From: Podarcis cretensis
Lineage: Eukaryota
DNA length: 64,000 nucleotides
Direction: 5' to 3'
Assembly: GCA_951804945.1 (NCBI GenBank)
Contig: OX638153.1
Location: forward strand, 56,730,001 to 56,794,000
Shown here: positions 42,501 through 53,819 of the stretch, piece by piece
Layout: the number at the start of each line of letters is the position of its first letter
Numbering within the stretch: the stretch's first letter is position 1
Program-made: the position numbers and the translations under genes
Notes under the pieces: model-generated
Databases searched by the model: none
Told to the model about the DNA's origin: nothing
Seen by the model: the letters and a program-made list of their open reading frames with translations, nothing else

Positions 42501-45500
42501 GAGGTGTTAAGTTTGTAGGAAAAATAGGGAATGTGCTGAGAATGGGACTTTACTTCTCTTAAACATTCTAGCCTCCATGACTATGGCGAAACCATACAGA
42601 GATGCACCCGTTCAATTCATATCTTAACCAAGTCCCGCAGCACCACCTTAACACAATTTAAGACTTGCTATAAAATCACTTACCGTCTGACCTGGTGAGT
42701 AGTTTCTTGTTTTTGTAGAACTCATGTGCATGTAGTCCACAAGTCCAGAGAAGGAAGACAGAAAACTGAGAGAAATTCCAAAAGGAGTCACCTGGAAATA
42801 TTCAAAAGGAAACAAAAATTGCCATGCAAGATGTAAAATTAAACAGAATTTCTCTGACAGATCTAGATGAATATTAAATGAAGATTGAGTTCTAATGTGG
42901 CTGTCATGAAATGTAAATGTGTTTTATGGTTTATATGGATTATATGCTTATATGTATACAATATTAATGATTCTTTTGCTAGTGGCTCCAAATTATGTCT
43001 TCTAGTGCTGTAAATCACTAGATTTAATAACATTTTAGGGTGGTAATCAACCAAGTCGTAGGACTTGGAGTAGACACATTGAAATTAATGAACCTAAGTC
43101 ATGTCCATTAACTTCAATGGGGTAGCTTGACTGGGACTAATGTTGAATATCACCCCATAGAGATTTTAAAAAATCTAGGTTAAGCTAGAAGAAGGAAAAA
43201 AACCCTCATGTGGTTCAGACACAGGGTCATAGATGTTTCCAACAAACAGTCTCTATTTTTGCAATTATCCTTTTATTTTAACCAACCTCAGTAGTCAGAC
43301 AGGAACAATTCAAAGCTGTGAAAAAGCGGATGCATCTTTCGTTTAAAATGCAGATGTGTTAGAGAATTTATTAATCTCACTGTACTCTTCCAAGAGAGAA
43401 GAAAATAAGATTAGTACACTAATTCATTTAAAAACAGCTTACCTCCTGAATCTGGGCTTTCACCACCAGCCCAGGTAGCAAATTGCCAAGGGACCAGTTT
43501 TGTTCTTCTGTGGCAATAGCTGCAGCAACCTCCGACTGATCAATGGCCATGCGGATTATCCTCCCACCATTCTTTACTTCTTCAATAAGGCAGTTGAAGT
43601 ATTGGCCTATCTTCAGCTCAGTCCCTAAGAGACCAACACATGCAACTATCATCACTTATCAGCAAAGCTTTGACATTACCTTTCTATCAATATGGCCATT
43701 ATTTCCTGGCACCAGCTACTTTTGAAATCCTTTCACATGTTCATCACATTAAAAGGCTTTTCATCCTAGACTGAAATACTCCACCTTGCATAGAAGGCTT
43801 CCTAAACAAGAGAAGTCAGGCAACAGCTGGCCGCTTATAAGTTACTGTACAATGATATGTACTCAAGAATCTCTCTCTCAAACACACACAGACACACACA
43901 GACACACACACAAACATTGGGCAGTAAATTCTGTCTCTGGTAACTCCCAAATCTAAGATTTTACAGTTCTCTAAACCACCCATTTGCTTCTCTCCCTGCC
44001 TTAAACCCAGTACTCCTAAGTATAGTTATACCTTTGTTGGCTGACTGCAGGTAGGTCTTGGCTTTCTGACGAGGCAGAAATGCTTTTGTTGCTTGGATGC
44101 CTATGTCAATAAGGTAGCCATGGTCTTCCACACTAGAGATGCAGCCAGAGAGCAGCTGTTTGGAGAAGAAGTGTAAGCTTAAAGGAAATTTTATCAGACT
44201 CCTTGTTGTTCCTCCCTCCTCAAGCACTCAAGTTTCCCTGAAAAGAAACAGGACTTTGGGCTTCCACAAACGAGACCTATACCCTTCACAGCAATATTAG
44301 GACAAGATATCAGCACCTGCTGAAATTCTATTCCCTGCATTCTTATAAAAGGCACAAGAACATTTTCCCATATCAAATCACAAAAAATTAACAGATGATA
44401 TGTTTTGAGCTCATCTGATGATGCCCATTGCCAGGTTCCCAGGCTACTGAGGTTAGGGTATGTGATGATACCAGAGAGGTTCTTTTCCATGGAAGCCCCT
44501 CTCCAGGTCTGCATACCTGGCACCTACATGGATGACTTTCTGGCACCAAGTAAAGGCATTTTTATTTATCCAGACATCTTAATTCATCACACTGAGTTTT
44601 TATTACTGCTTCTTTCAATTGTTACTTTACATTTCAAAGCTATTTATCTGCTAAAGTGTTATTAATTGTTGTAGTTTTGTGCTTTTTATTTTGCTTTATT
44701 ATATTTTATTTTTTGTAAGCTACATGACATAATTTTGAAAAGGCAGGCGTAAACAGATAATTCATATGTTTCATACCATGCCAGGTCTCAGAGTGGCAGC
44801 ATTCAAAGCCTTGTTGACATCTTTGGGGTTGATTGTTAGCTGTATACTCTGACGACCTGTAGTAGTCTTCTCCACACCAACCACAGCACATCTGACCAGC
44901 ATTCCTGGGGTAAAGAGATCTGAGAGAGAATTCAGATCCTGCAAAAAGATAGTTTAATGGATAAAGACTAAAATAAGGAACATATCAAAACAGCAACAGC
45001 AATATCTACTCACTGACTCTGAAACTTTGGCCAAACAATCTTCTGCCGTAAGCAATACAACTGAATTTTTGAACATGTTATGGAAGATGTTGATTACTGA
45101 AGGGGTTGCAATGCAGCCATTTAACTATTCAAAGCTTATTTCCTCCAAAATACAGATAGCACGCCAAAAGAAATTCATATTACTGGCTGTGTGGAGACCC
45201 AATGCAGGACTTCGGGGGCAGAGTCTAAAAGGGAACTAGCCAAAGGGAATTTCTAATATTTCTCTAAATTCTGCCCTTCTCCCTGAGGATTCTCATTTTC
45301 CTCTTCTTCAGACCTTTCATATGTTGTTTCCTTAACAGGGTTTCTTGGCTTTTTGGGTGGCATTTCGAGTGAGTGTGATTTGCCAGCAAAACAAGAGTCA
45401 GATAAGAAATTTTTCCCACTGCTATTCCCTCTGGCTAGGTTCCCTTTTAGACTCTGGCCCCAAAGTCCTGCACTGGGTCTCCACACTGACCCTGCAAGCT

Positions 45501-48165
45501 CCCTTCACCCAACCACAAGTCTAAAACCTCTGCCAGAATAGCTTCAAGTTCTCTTTTCAATTTATTACGGTGGCTTCACCTCATACACTGGGTTTTTCCA
45601 CAACTACACCAATATGTCTTCACACCCAGGATAAGGTAATCATTTCCAGATTTACCTTTCCCCTCACGGTGTATTCATCCCACCTCTACCACCAATTTGT
45701 GGTGTTCGTACAAAGCCGCTGGTTGTTTCACAGACTATTGACCTGTACACCACTACTTTATTCTTCTGCTGCCACCAATTTTGTAGGGAGGAAACCCAGG
45801 GTTCCCCGGTGAAGTATTGCGTTTCAGTCAGGTAGAGTTAACAATGAAGATTAAAGTTTATTTCAAACACAAACAAGTTTTAAAATATATTTGAAACGCT
45901 GTCACTCTGTTGCCTCTCAGTCTTGTCCCTGTCTCTAACTCACTCTGATTCCTCTATCCCCCCCCCCAAAAAAAAGAACCAACCAAACTAACTGTCAAAA
46001 CCTCTGGGCTGAGCCTCAAAATCAGGTAGGCTCTGCCTCTGGGCTTTCTTATTGGTCAACCTATTAACCCTTTCTCTCCCTCAATACAAACGTATCCCTA
46101 AAGAATGGGCAAACACCACATCAGCATATGTTGTTCCAGACTGGAATGGGATGTGTCAATCAAAATCTAGAAGTGTTTTTTAAAAAAAGATCTACCTTCT
46201 TTCCTTTTATTCAATTCCGAAGATATTAATTTCAATGCACATCCTCCCATTCTTGCAGTGTGCAAAACACTAAAGCAGGGCACTCCAGATGTTGGACTAC
46301 AACTCACATCACCTCTAGCTGTAGCTGTTGGGGATGGCTAACAACATCTGGATGGCCTCAAGTTCCCCATCTTGGCACCAAAGCAAGTCAGGTGTTGTAA
46401 AGGCAGCTCTAAATGGTCTTCTACAATGTAGGCCTCTTCACAACAGAGGAGGAAACAGAGGAGGCAAGAGAATGCCCTGAACAGAAGAAACCTGCTGCTT
46501 GGTGGTACTTGCAGAACCCACCAAACAACTACGTAACGCACACGCACCTTGTCTTACCTCTAAGTGCTCATCTGTAGCCACCTGTTCATTCAGCATCTCA
46601 TTGTAGGCATCACTTATACGTGTCACTTGCACAAATCCAGTGAGCCCATTGGGCAAGCTGATCACCAGCTCAAACTGATTAGACTCTTTCACGCATCCTA
46701 AGAGCAGTACCCCTGCAGTGAGGGACTGTTTAAAAAAAAAAAAAAGGACAGGTAATGAGCAACTTTCAGAAACACTTTTTTCTCCTGTGTTCTACACAAC
46801 TAGACTGTCCCCCACAGGGGAAAAAGGTATAATGTTAATAAAAGCTGTAAGTCCCCTTTTTAACAAGACGTTAAAAAATCCAAAGAAAAGCGGAAGGGGA
46901 AAATTACATCATTGCCTTCTGCATGCTATGAATTATCTCTCAATACCACAATGATGTACAATCTCCTCCTGCCTCATATGCTACTATTTGAAATGGTACT
47001 AATTATTGTGTAGTTATTTGCCACAGTGCGAAAATAAGCCATAATACAAATTATAGACCAACCTCAACTGTTAGAAATTCAAAATGTTTAACACCGATTT
47101 TTACAACGGCTTTCTTCTCAATCTTGAGTTTTTTTGGCTTTGTTTCATCTTGATGGTTTTTCTTTCTTTTCTTGGTCACTTCTTCATGTTGCGTCTAGGA
47201 CAGTAAAAAAAAGAAAGAAAGACATTTCAAGATTTTGAAAAGACAGTTGCTTCCCTAAAACAATAGTTTGGTTTTAGAGCTGCAAAGGGACCCATGAACG
47301 TAACCTGCAGGAAAGCATGTTTAAGAGAGTTTAATCTTAAGGAAGGCCTGGTCTGAAACTCAAAGGAGCAGTACAGATCTAAAATTAAACAAGAATGGAG
47401 ATGCAGTGACGTTCCAGTGCTGGATTACAACTTCCATCATTTCTAACCAATGGCCATGATAGCTAGGGCTGGTGCGAGCTGGAGACCAACAACATCTTGA
47501 GATCTACAAGTTCCTACACTAACCCAGTTTAGTGTTATGGAAGCAAGTGAGCTCAAAATTGAGGCTGAAGTGCTTCACCTCCTCTCTCTTCCTCTGGCAC
47601 ACATCAAAGGAAAACATCTGAAGCATTCACTTCCAAGTTTAAACTAAACTGACCACAATTTGTTGCTATGCCCAAACCAGGCCAAACTCTGGCTTACTGA
47701 AATGAACCAAAATCAGAAGCTACAGTTTAATCGGCATGAAACTTGTTTATACAGCACAGGCATTTCTAGTCTATCCTGAGGAGTTCCCAGAACCACTTAT
47801 TGTGTTATTCTTAAGAACAATGTCAGTGCATCAATCTGGGGCTATAGCACAGTGATAAAGCATATGCATTGAATGCTGAAGAATCTGGGCTGAATTCTTG
47901 GCAACTCCAGTTAAAATTGCTACAGGTAAGAGGGTTTGAGAAACACCTCTGTAAGCAGTTAGAGAATTGCTACCAAGCAGAATAGGCAATAATAAGCGAC
48001 AAGATGAACCTATGATCTGACTTAGTGGAAGGCAACTTAATATGTTCACAATTTGCATACTTTGAATAAATTATCCTGCTCTACTGTTGACTGACTGGCC
48101 GCCTTTTCTTCTTGACTTTTCCTTTGTGGGCCACCTCGAGGGAAATTCTCTTCTACAGATGACAT
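21585..48165 (-). CDS. PDCD11: Protein RRP5 homolog (S1 repeats plus C-terminal HAT/TPR repeats), 35 coding exons, 1815 aa
   Basis: Exons traced by hand, all GT-AG and phase-consistent, 5448 nt in total: 48061-48165, 47063-47194, 46558-46725, 44777-44938, 44032-44155, 43443-43624, 42684-42791, 42269-42475, 41690-41814, 40946-41006, 40042-40188, 38633-38884, 38108-38251, 37068-37262, 36314-36484, 35239-35458, 34542-34694, 34132-34247, 32806-33320, 32265-32327, 30989-31097, 30567-30656, 29854-29956, 28272-28449, 27976-28032, 26837-26959, 26402-26524, 25899-26049, 25650-25766, 25416-25556, 24772-25022, 24341-24509, 23775-23928, 22988-23153, 21585-21750. Starts [12 protein letters not shown], contains [44 protein letters not shown], ends [17 protein letters not shown]...SKSNLA*. 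Confidence 0.97.
27551..27916 (+). mobile_element. Full-length Sauria SINE
   Basis: tRNA-like head GGACACAGGTGGCGCTGTGG, box B-like GGTTCAAATCCC, (ACCTTT)n tail, and TSD TTATTATTATTATC on both sides. Confidence 0.9.
28655..28720 (-). mobile_element. LINE (L2-like) 3' end fragment; related + strand copy at ~31945-32050
   Basis: CCCAGAGTGG.TGGGGAAACCCAGC.AGATGGGCGG.GTATAA followed by an A/T-rich simple-repeat tail in both copies. Confidence 0.5.
29041..29220 (+). mobile_element. tRNA-derived SINE (older family); diverged copies at ~13975-14050, ~47838-48050 and ~62930-63050
   Basis: Head GTAGTACAGTGGTAG..TGCTTTGCACGCAGA, body CCTGAAACCCTGGAGAGCCACTGCCAGTCAGTGTAGA, tail GTATAAAGGCAAGTCCTATG. 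Confidence 0.6.
29296..29449 (+). mobile_element. 5'-truncated Sauria SINE
   Basis: Matches the 3' part of 27551-27916 with an (ACCTTT)n tail. 12-bp TSD ACAAGCCCCTAC at 29284-29295 and 29450-29461. Confidence 0.85.
31114..31250 (-). mobile_element. LINE-like 3' end with (AAAT)n tail
   Basis: Minus strand reads TGTGAACCGCCCTGGGA...GGGCGGTATATAAAT followed by (AAAT)n. Confidence 0.55.
33361..33383. repeat. (AC)n microsatellite
   Basis: Pure AC run; an interrupted run also lies at 43881-43912. Confidence 0.9.
35915..36062 (+). mobile_element. Diverged Sauria SINE 3' fragment
   Basis: GTCATGCTGGTCACATGACCCGGAA...GTGAGATGAGCGC...GGGGTCCTTTACCTTT. Confidence 0.75.
36485..37067 (-). other. U12-type (minor spliceosome) GT-AG intron of PDCD11
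   Basis: 5' splice site GTATCCTTG (37067-37059). Branch site TTCCTTGAC (36504-36496) lies 9 nt before the terminal AG, with no long pyrimidine tract in between. Confidence 0.9.
45189..46120 (-). mobile_element. Truncated LTR retroelement: LTR 45782-46120, tRNA-Leu-type PBS 45768-45777, leader and short gag-like start
   Basis: Minus strand TGTGG...CCCTACA (TG..CA) contains CCAAT and AATAAA, then AAAT, then TGGTGGCAGC, complementary to a tRNA-Leu 3' end. The LTR 5' boundary is inferred. Confidence 0.6.
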
Positions 48166-48437
48166 GGTTATCTTTCTGCAATGGAAGCAACAAAGTTATT
48201 TGCATATACAAATCGTGTTCAAAAGGGCAAAACCAACACAAACATTTTCTTACATGCAAAGAATGAGGACAGACTTTAAAATAACAGGAATAAAATATTT
48301 GTTGTGCTTTTGAAGATGATTCATTCTCTAAAACAAGAAAACACTCATGAGAGTATCATGACACCAAGAGCTCATAAATATTGTTAATCTATGATGTGCA
48401 AACACTGTACCACACCTACTCAAACTGAATGTCTACT

Positions 48438-48620
48438 TACAGATAGGTAGCCGTGTTGGTCTGCCATAGTCAAAACAAAATAAAAAAATTCCTTCCAGTA
48501 GCACCTTAAAGACCAACTAAGTTAGTATGCATGAAGCGTGCATGCACACGAAAGCTCATACCAAGAACTAACTTAGTTGGTCTTTAAGGTGCTACTGGAA
48601 GGAATTTTTTTATTTTGTTT
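48438..48620. mobile_element. Penelope-like element remnant with inverted-repeat structure
   Basis: 12-bp TSD TGAATGTCTACT (48426-48437 and 48621-48632). Motifs GTAGCCGTGTTGGTCTG, GCACCTTAAAGACCAAC and CACGAAAGCTCATACC resemble reptile Penelope ends. 57-bp perfect inverted repeat. Confidence 0.75.
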
Positions 48621-48758
48621 TGAATGTCTACTGGTAGAGATGCAGAAATAAGCTAGTCCTTCTTTTGTTCTTAAGTAGCAAAGAGTTATTTCATGAACCA
48701 AGATCCTAAGTATTCAATGCCTACATAATTGGAGATCAATAAATTGTTTTTTCTATCA

Positions 48759-48900
48759 TTAGCTCAGTTGGTTAGAGCGTGGCGCCAATAACACCAAGGT
48801 CACGGGTTTGATCCCTGCATGGGTGCATCCCAGGGGTTGGACTAGATGATCCTCAGGGTCCCTTCCAACTCTATGATTGGGTCCTCTTCCAAGTCTATGA
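48759..48900 (+). mobile_element. tRNA(Ile)-derived SINE with CR1-like tail
   Basis: TAGCTCAGTTGGTTAGAGCGTGG..AATAACACCAAGGTCACGGGTTTGATCCC followed by GGGTTGGACTAGATGATC..GTCCCTTCCAACTCTATGATT. Flanked by TTCTATCA on both sides. Confidence 0.75.
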
Positions 48901-49539
48901 TTCTATCACTCAGCCAAGAAAACAACTCACCTGTTGATTTCTGGCCATTGTGCAGCTATTAGAGACCCAAAACCTTTGTATTTTAAAATATGACAAACTA
49001 AAAAGAGAGCATTTCACAAACAATATGCACTATTCTAAATGACTTTGCTTCATAGCCATACCAGGATTTTAATCATTTACTCCACATACACTCAGAAAAA
49101 TCTAGCAATCTTTTGCTAGTTTTAAAATATAAACATTTTTAGATAGCTCAGAAGGCACAAAGTGGAAGCTGGGGCAGATAAGAGCACTATTTTCACTCTG
49201 TCTTTATGTCCATAAAGCAGCTTTCAATATTAAAAATAATAAAATAGCAAAAACAAATGGGTTAAATCAAGCCACACAGCCCCCCTTCCATGTCTTCTGT
49301 GAGAGATCCTGCAATCAGAAGAGCGGAGGCGCGTCACAGCAAGCACTCCGGCCGCGAACCCGCAAGGCACTCACACAGCCACGCTAGTTCTACACGTGCA
49401 ACCCACCTTGCCGTATTTCTCAATCCCCAGCTCACTCGGACTCGGTCCTTAGGCCACCCTCCTTCCCGTCATTATCCCTCTTTTCCAGAGAGCTCAGCTT
49501 ATGTACCTTTCCCCCACGCTTCTTCGACTCACTGGCACG

Positions 49540-49910
49540 CCTGGGGCATGAGAGCCGCCATCTGCTCCGTAACCCGGAAACGAATTCGAAGGGCAGCAAA
49601 GGGCAACCGGAAGTGGGCTTTACGGAAACCGGGCCGTGGTAGAACTCGCGGGACGGTTTATTAGTCGTCACAGAGCGCAAGGAATCCGGTAACTTTGACA
49701 AACACGCAAATTGCCCAATCACATCATACCTTTCTGAGGCAGTGCCGCCTTACTCCGTCAGGGCGGCGCGCCTCCCCCAATCAGAGGCAAGCGGAAAGGA
49801 CGGCTGTTTGAGCGACGCCATCTTGCACGCGAAGGGCATTGAATGGTTGTTATCGGGAGGAGAAAGCGGGTAACAACTGCGGCGGGCGCTGACTTGGCTC
49901 GGCAGAAGGT
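49540..49910. promoter_or_regulatory. Bidirectional CpG-island promoter of PDCD11 (-) and ATP5MK (+)
   Basis: CpG-rich. ETS/GABP site ACCGGAAGTG at 49606-49615, CCAAT at 49715 and 49777, YY1-like CGCCATCT at 49556 and 49816. Candidate first-exon donors at 49435 (-) and 49909 (+). Confidence 0.8.
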
Positions 49911-50538
49911 TAATTTTGTTGGGGTGTTTTAGTAGCATCTGTAAAAAGGGTAGAGGCCCTGTTAGTGTCTTGTGACACACACATGCACCCTGGTAGAAGT
50001 AACCTTCAAAGAGTGCTATGGCAATTGAAATTCAGTTTAGTAAGCCAATAGCTACTGCATAGGTCCAAAGGGTCAGCATTTTTGTGCTGCTGTTTCCGAC
50101 TGGGCCGAGGGATTTAGGCTGTCATTTTCTATTCTGTGTGTTGTCTTCAAAACTCGTTATGAATGTCATTGGTTGTATATAGAGTAATTTAGCGTTTGAT
50201 ACTCTTTATACGCAGGTTGCTGTTCATATGAAATAACTAAAGTTGGGTCAATGGTTGGTAATAGCTAGCCGAGGTCTAAAGGAGCTTCTATTATGTTGAT
50301 TGAAAAATAATAAGCAGTTTGAACTGTTTAAAGGCTATTATTTCACTAGTAAACGATGATGCATAAAATAACTTTCTGGTTAGTGAAATATCCCAATGGA
50401 AATATGCAAAACGGAGTGGTTTCCTTTTCTGAAGTTCTGGTGTTATGCATAGCACCAGACTCTGGTTGGCTTTGCTTATGACTCTGTAGTGTCCCTGTAT
50501 CAGCAAGAGCATGAGCCATCTCTTTCCTTGTTTTCCAG

Positions 50539-50606
50539 ATTTGCAGTGTAAAATCAATCCACCTGTTGAGGAGATACCTGTGTTAATCACAGTTGAGAAA
50601 CATTTG
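50539..50606 (+). other. Probable non-coding 5'UTR exon of ATP5MK
   Basis: ctctttccttgttttccag|ATT ... TTG|gtaagt. Confidence 0.5.
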
Positions 50607-51338
50607 GTAAGTTGGTCTCCTATACTAGATCTAACTAGTATTCCTCAGTGAATTGATTTGAATGTTTCAGTGGTTGGTGCCTATTCCCTTCCACTTCTTG
50701 CTGAACAACAGTGATTGAAGGTCTGTTTGAAAGCGCTTGCTTTCTGCCCAGACTTATGCCTTTAGCTAAGACATTGATGGCCTGACTCCTTGGGGTGGGA
50801 AACTACAGTTGTTGGTCATTGACTCAACCATGTATAGGTGGTACAGGAGTTGTAGTCTGGAACGATAAGATAAATTTACTGCATGAAGTATTCTAATGTC
50901 AATTAAAACTATGGATTACATCATTCTTACAAATAGGACATGCAACTCTTATTAGGTTATCTATTATAATTATTATTATTATTACCCATGCATGTGAATA
51001 GTGGCAAATCCGTAACCTGCTCTATGGAGGCTCAGGTGGCTAAATAATTCGTTATTTACAAGCCCATTTTACGTTTCTTGAAGCATCGCTCTTAACTTCA
51101 GAAGTAACCATTATTGTTTGAAGGTCAGCACTGTAAAATATATTGGTATTAGATGTAGCAAACAATTCAGAATAACAGCTTTGAGTAGATCCTCCTATGT
51201 AGTTTTAGTAGCTAATGCTTTCATGCTCAAATGTAAATAATTGTAATGAAGTTGGTCTACTTTGGCTGGAAGATACTGTAGATTTTTTAAAAAAGATTAA
51301 GTACTAACTTCCTTTTTTAAAATCTAGGACTAATAGTG

Positions 51339-51988
51339 ATGGCAGGACACGATGCTGGGTCACAACACCAATTCACAGGGTTTCATAAATACTTCAATAC
51401 CTACACCATGACAGGCAGAAGAAATGTAAGTGTCCAGTTATAGAACTGCTAAGAAACAAAGAAGTTGATTCTCAAAAGTTCCTGAATTGATTTGGGAATG
51501 TGTGGGGTGGGAACCTCTGGCACACAGACCGAATTAGGCTTGGCAGGGATCCTAATTTGGTTTGCAAGGCTCTATTCCACAAACCACTTGCCCTGCCTCT
51601 GGTATCCTGTGGTGTGGCCTTCCCTTTGAAATGCGTTTCTAAGAAGTTTAAATGAAATCTCCTTGGAACACACTTCAGAAGGTGATGTCTTAGCACCCAA
51701 GGTGGTGTCACCTGACAACATTATTACATTAGGTGATTTGACAGGTGGACAGCCCTGCCTTCCTGTCAGATTTGGGCTTTAATAAACTCAGGTACTTTTA
51801 ATAATCCATTTCTCTCTTTCCTGCACTTAAATAACAGAAAAACAACCCTTTGAAATGTGTTTTATCTGAGGAATAATATCCTTTTCTGTCTTTAGTATGT
51901 TATAGCTACATATACAACGATTGCAACTATTATCCTGTATTTTAAACTGAGGCCTAAGAAGCAAACTCCAGCCGTGACACAGAAATAA
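51339..51988 (+). CDS. ATP5MK: ATP synthase membrane subunit k (DAPIT/USMG5), join(51339..51425,51896..51988), 59 aa
   Basis: MAGHDAGSQHQFTGFHKYFNTYTMTGRRN|YVIATYTTIATIILYFKLRPKKQTPAVTQK*. Canonical splice sites. Expected position between PDCD11 and TAF5. Confidence 0.93.
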
Positions 51989-52882
51989 GATGGGTAAGTG
52001 TCTGCCATATTTTACTGATGCCAGTAGGGCTTAAAACCTCCAGAAATCCAGGTAAATCTCTGTATCTGTACATGAAATGTCAAATGCAAGTTTAGGATCT
52101 TAAGCACTTGTATTGTTATGAGTAAATCATTTCATAGGGCTTTAAGCAGATTACAACATGAATGAAGTTATTTCTTACCAGGAATGTTGTTATCATATGT
52201 TGCTGTCTCTCTAATTTCAACTTGAACATAGAAGGGCTTTCTTAAATGGCATAACAAAGTGTAGTGATCTTGAATTTGTGTAACACTCTGTTCTTCAGCT
52301 AATCAAAGACCAGGAGCAGATGCATAGTACCAGAATTTTGATACAGGATATGCAAGGTTAATTTGCTTGTTTTTGAAACCTGGGATGTTTGCCATGAGTT
52401 TAAATTTCATAGATGTCTTAATAGAGTTGGCTAAGGAAAAGTTGATAGTTCAGATAGCAGCAATTGCTCAGCATGTGCATTTTTATCCTATTTTATGTCA
52501 CTCAGTTCTTCACTGAGTGGCATGGCAAGAGTATCTAAATGCAGAAATAAGGGGAAGTGGTTGCTTTCATATCCTCTTGACATCCAGTTGTGAGCATACC
52601 TTTAAGTTCTGCCCAGCTAAATAGCATGTTATTTCATGTCAGCAGTGTATCCCCATTTGTATGATCATATATCTGCTTAATAAGCCTTAAATGTGTGAGC
52701 CAGCAAACCAACCAGGAAGTCTTCTGTTAACTGTAATTTCCCATTTTGTATGAGCCAGGAAACTGGTTAATGGCTTCAGAACAAGCCAGTATATGAATTT
52801 TCCTGGTTTGGGCAAAATACTGCCACTGTGTGTAGAAGTTGTGCAAGATGTAGTAACTGAATGATGTTTATTTTTTTGACAG

Positions 52883-52965
52883 GTTGACATGTTGACACTG
52901 GACCACGCACGTAATATAACTAGAAGTTGATGTACACTTCAATAAATCATGAACAGTGATGAAGT
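52883..52965 (+). terminator. ATP5MK terminal 3'UTR exon with poly(A) signal
   Basis: Donor at 51994 (5 nt after the stop), acceptor tttttttgacag at 52882, AATAAA at 52941-52946. Confidence 0.7.
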
Positions 52966-53819
52966 TTGTCATCTGTACACATTGCCACTACAGAAGTGAC
53001 GGTCCTACATATAAACAGCGTGCAGAGTTCTAGTGTGTACAATTCAGTTAAGGAGCCCTTTCAATCTGTGCTGAGAAATGATGGATACATCCTTAGGCAT
53101 TACTGTATCTCTGGGATACACTGCATTCTGTTCCAAAAGTAAATTATGGCTTTCATTACAACCATTTGTGTTCCATTTGTAGTAAGAGAGGAACAAACAT
53201 GATCCTATTTCCTGTGTCTTAAACATGTGGATGGTGCTGAGCAGAGTATGGCACTAATACTAAATGTTAATATAACCTGTTTAATCTACAGGCATTCGTC
53301 AACATACGGAATTCAATTATCTGGCAGGGCTGCTTTTACATTGAGGATAATGCTGAATGATAGGTGTTAAGACTACTTGACTGATCTTATTTCTGAGCAA
53401 ATATGTGTCTGCACCACTCTGCACAGCCTTAATTCAACCCAAAGTGAAATGCAGATAGGTAATTGGGATCGTGGGTTGCATCCATTGTGGGATAACAAAG
53501 CTTTCACTTGCTTTTAACCAATTGTGGTTTATTATGTCCAAATGGAGACAAAATGGGCAGTCTTAACTATGGTTTATGAACTGGTTATTCACCAATCCAT
53601 AGCAAAGATTAACTACTGTTTAGGCTTCAAATGTAACAGTACCTGTAATTAAATTGAAAGTAGAAAGGGAAGCTTCTAATCTTGCAGTCCTGCAGGAAGT
53701 GGCTTGCTTATTTATGTAATGCAAAAACATAATTTAGTGTTGAGACTCAAACCAGGCCTAAATTCCACCACTTTCTGCAGTTTGCCTCTTAGGAAACATT
53801 CTTTATGATGCTGCATATA

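Noticed and set aside
48759-48825. tRNA-Ile gene
   Set aside because: The acceptor stem is missing, the T-arm is mutated, and it is fused to a CR1-like tail. It is a SINE head.
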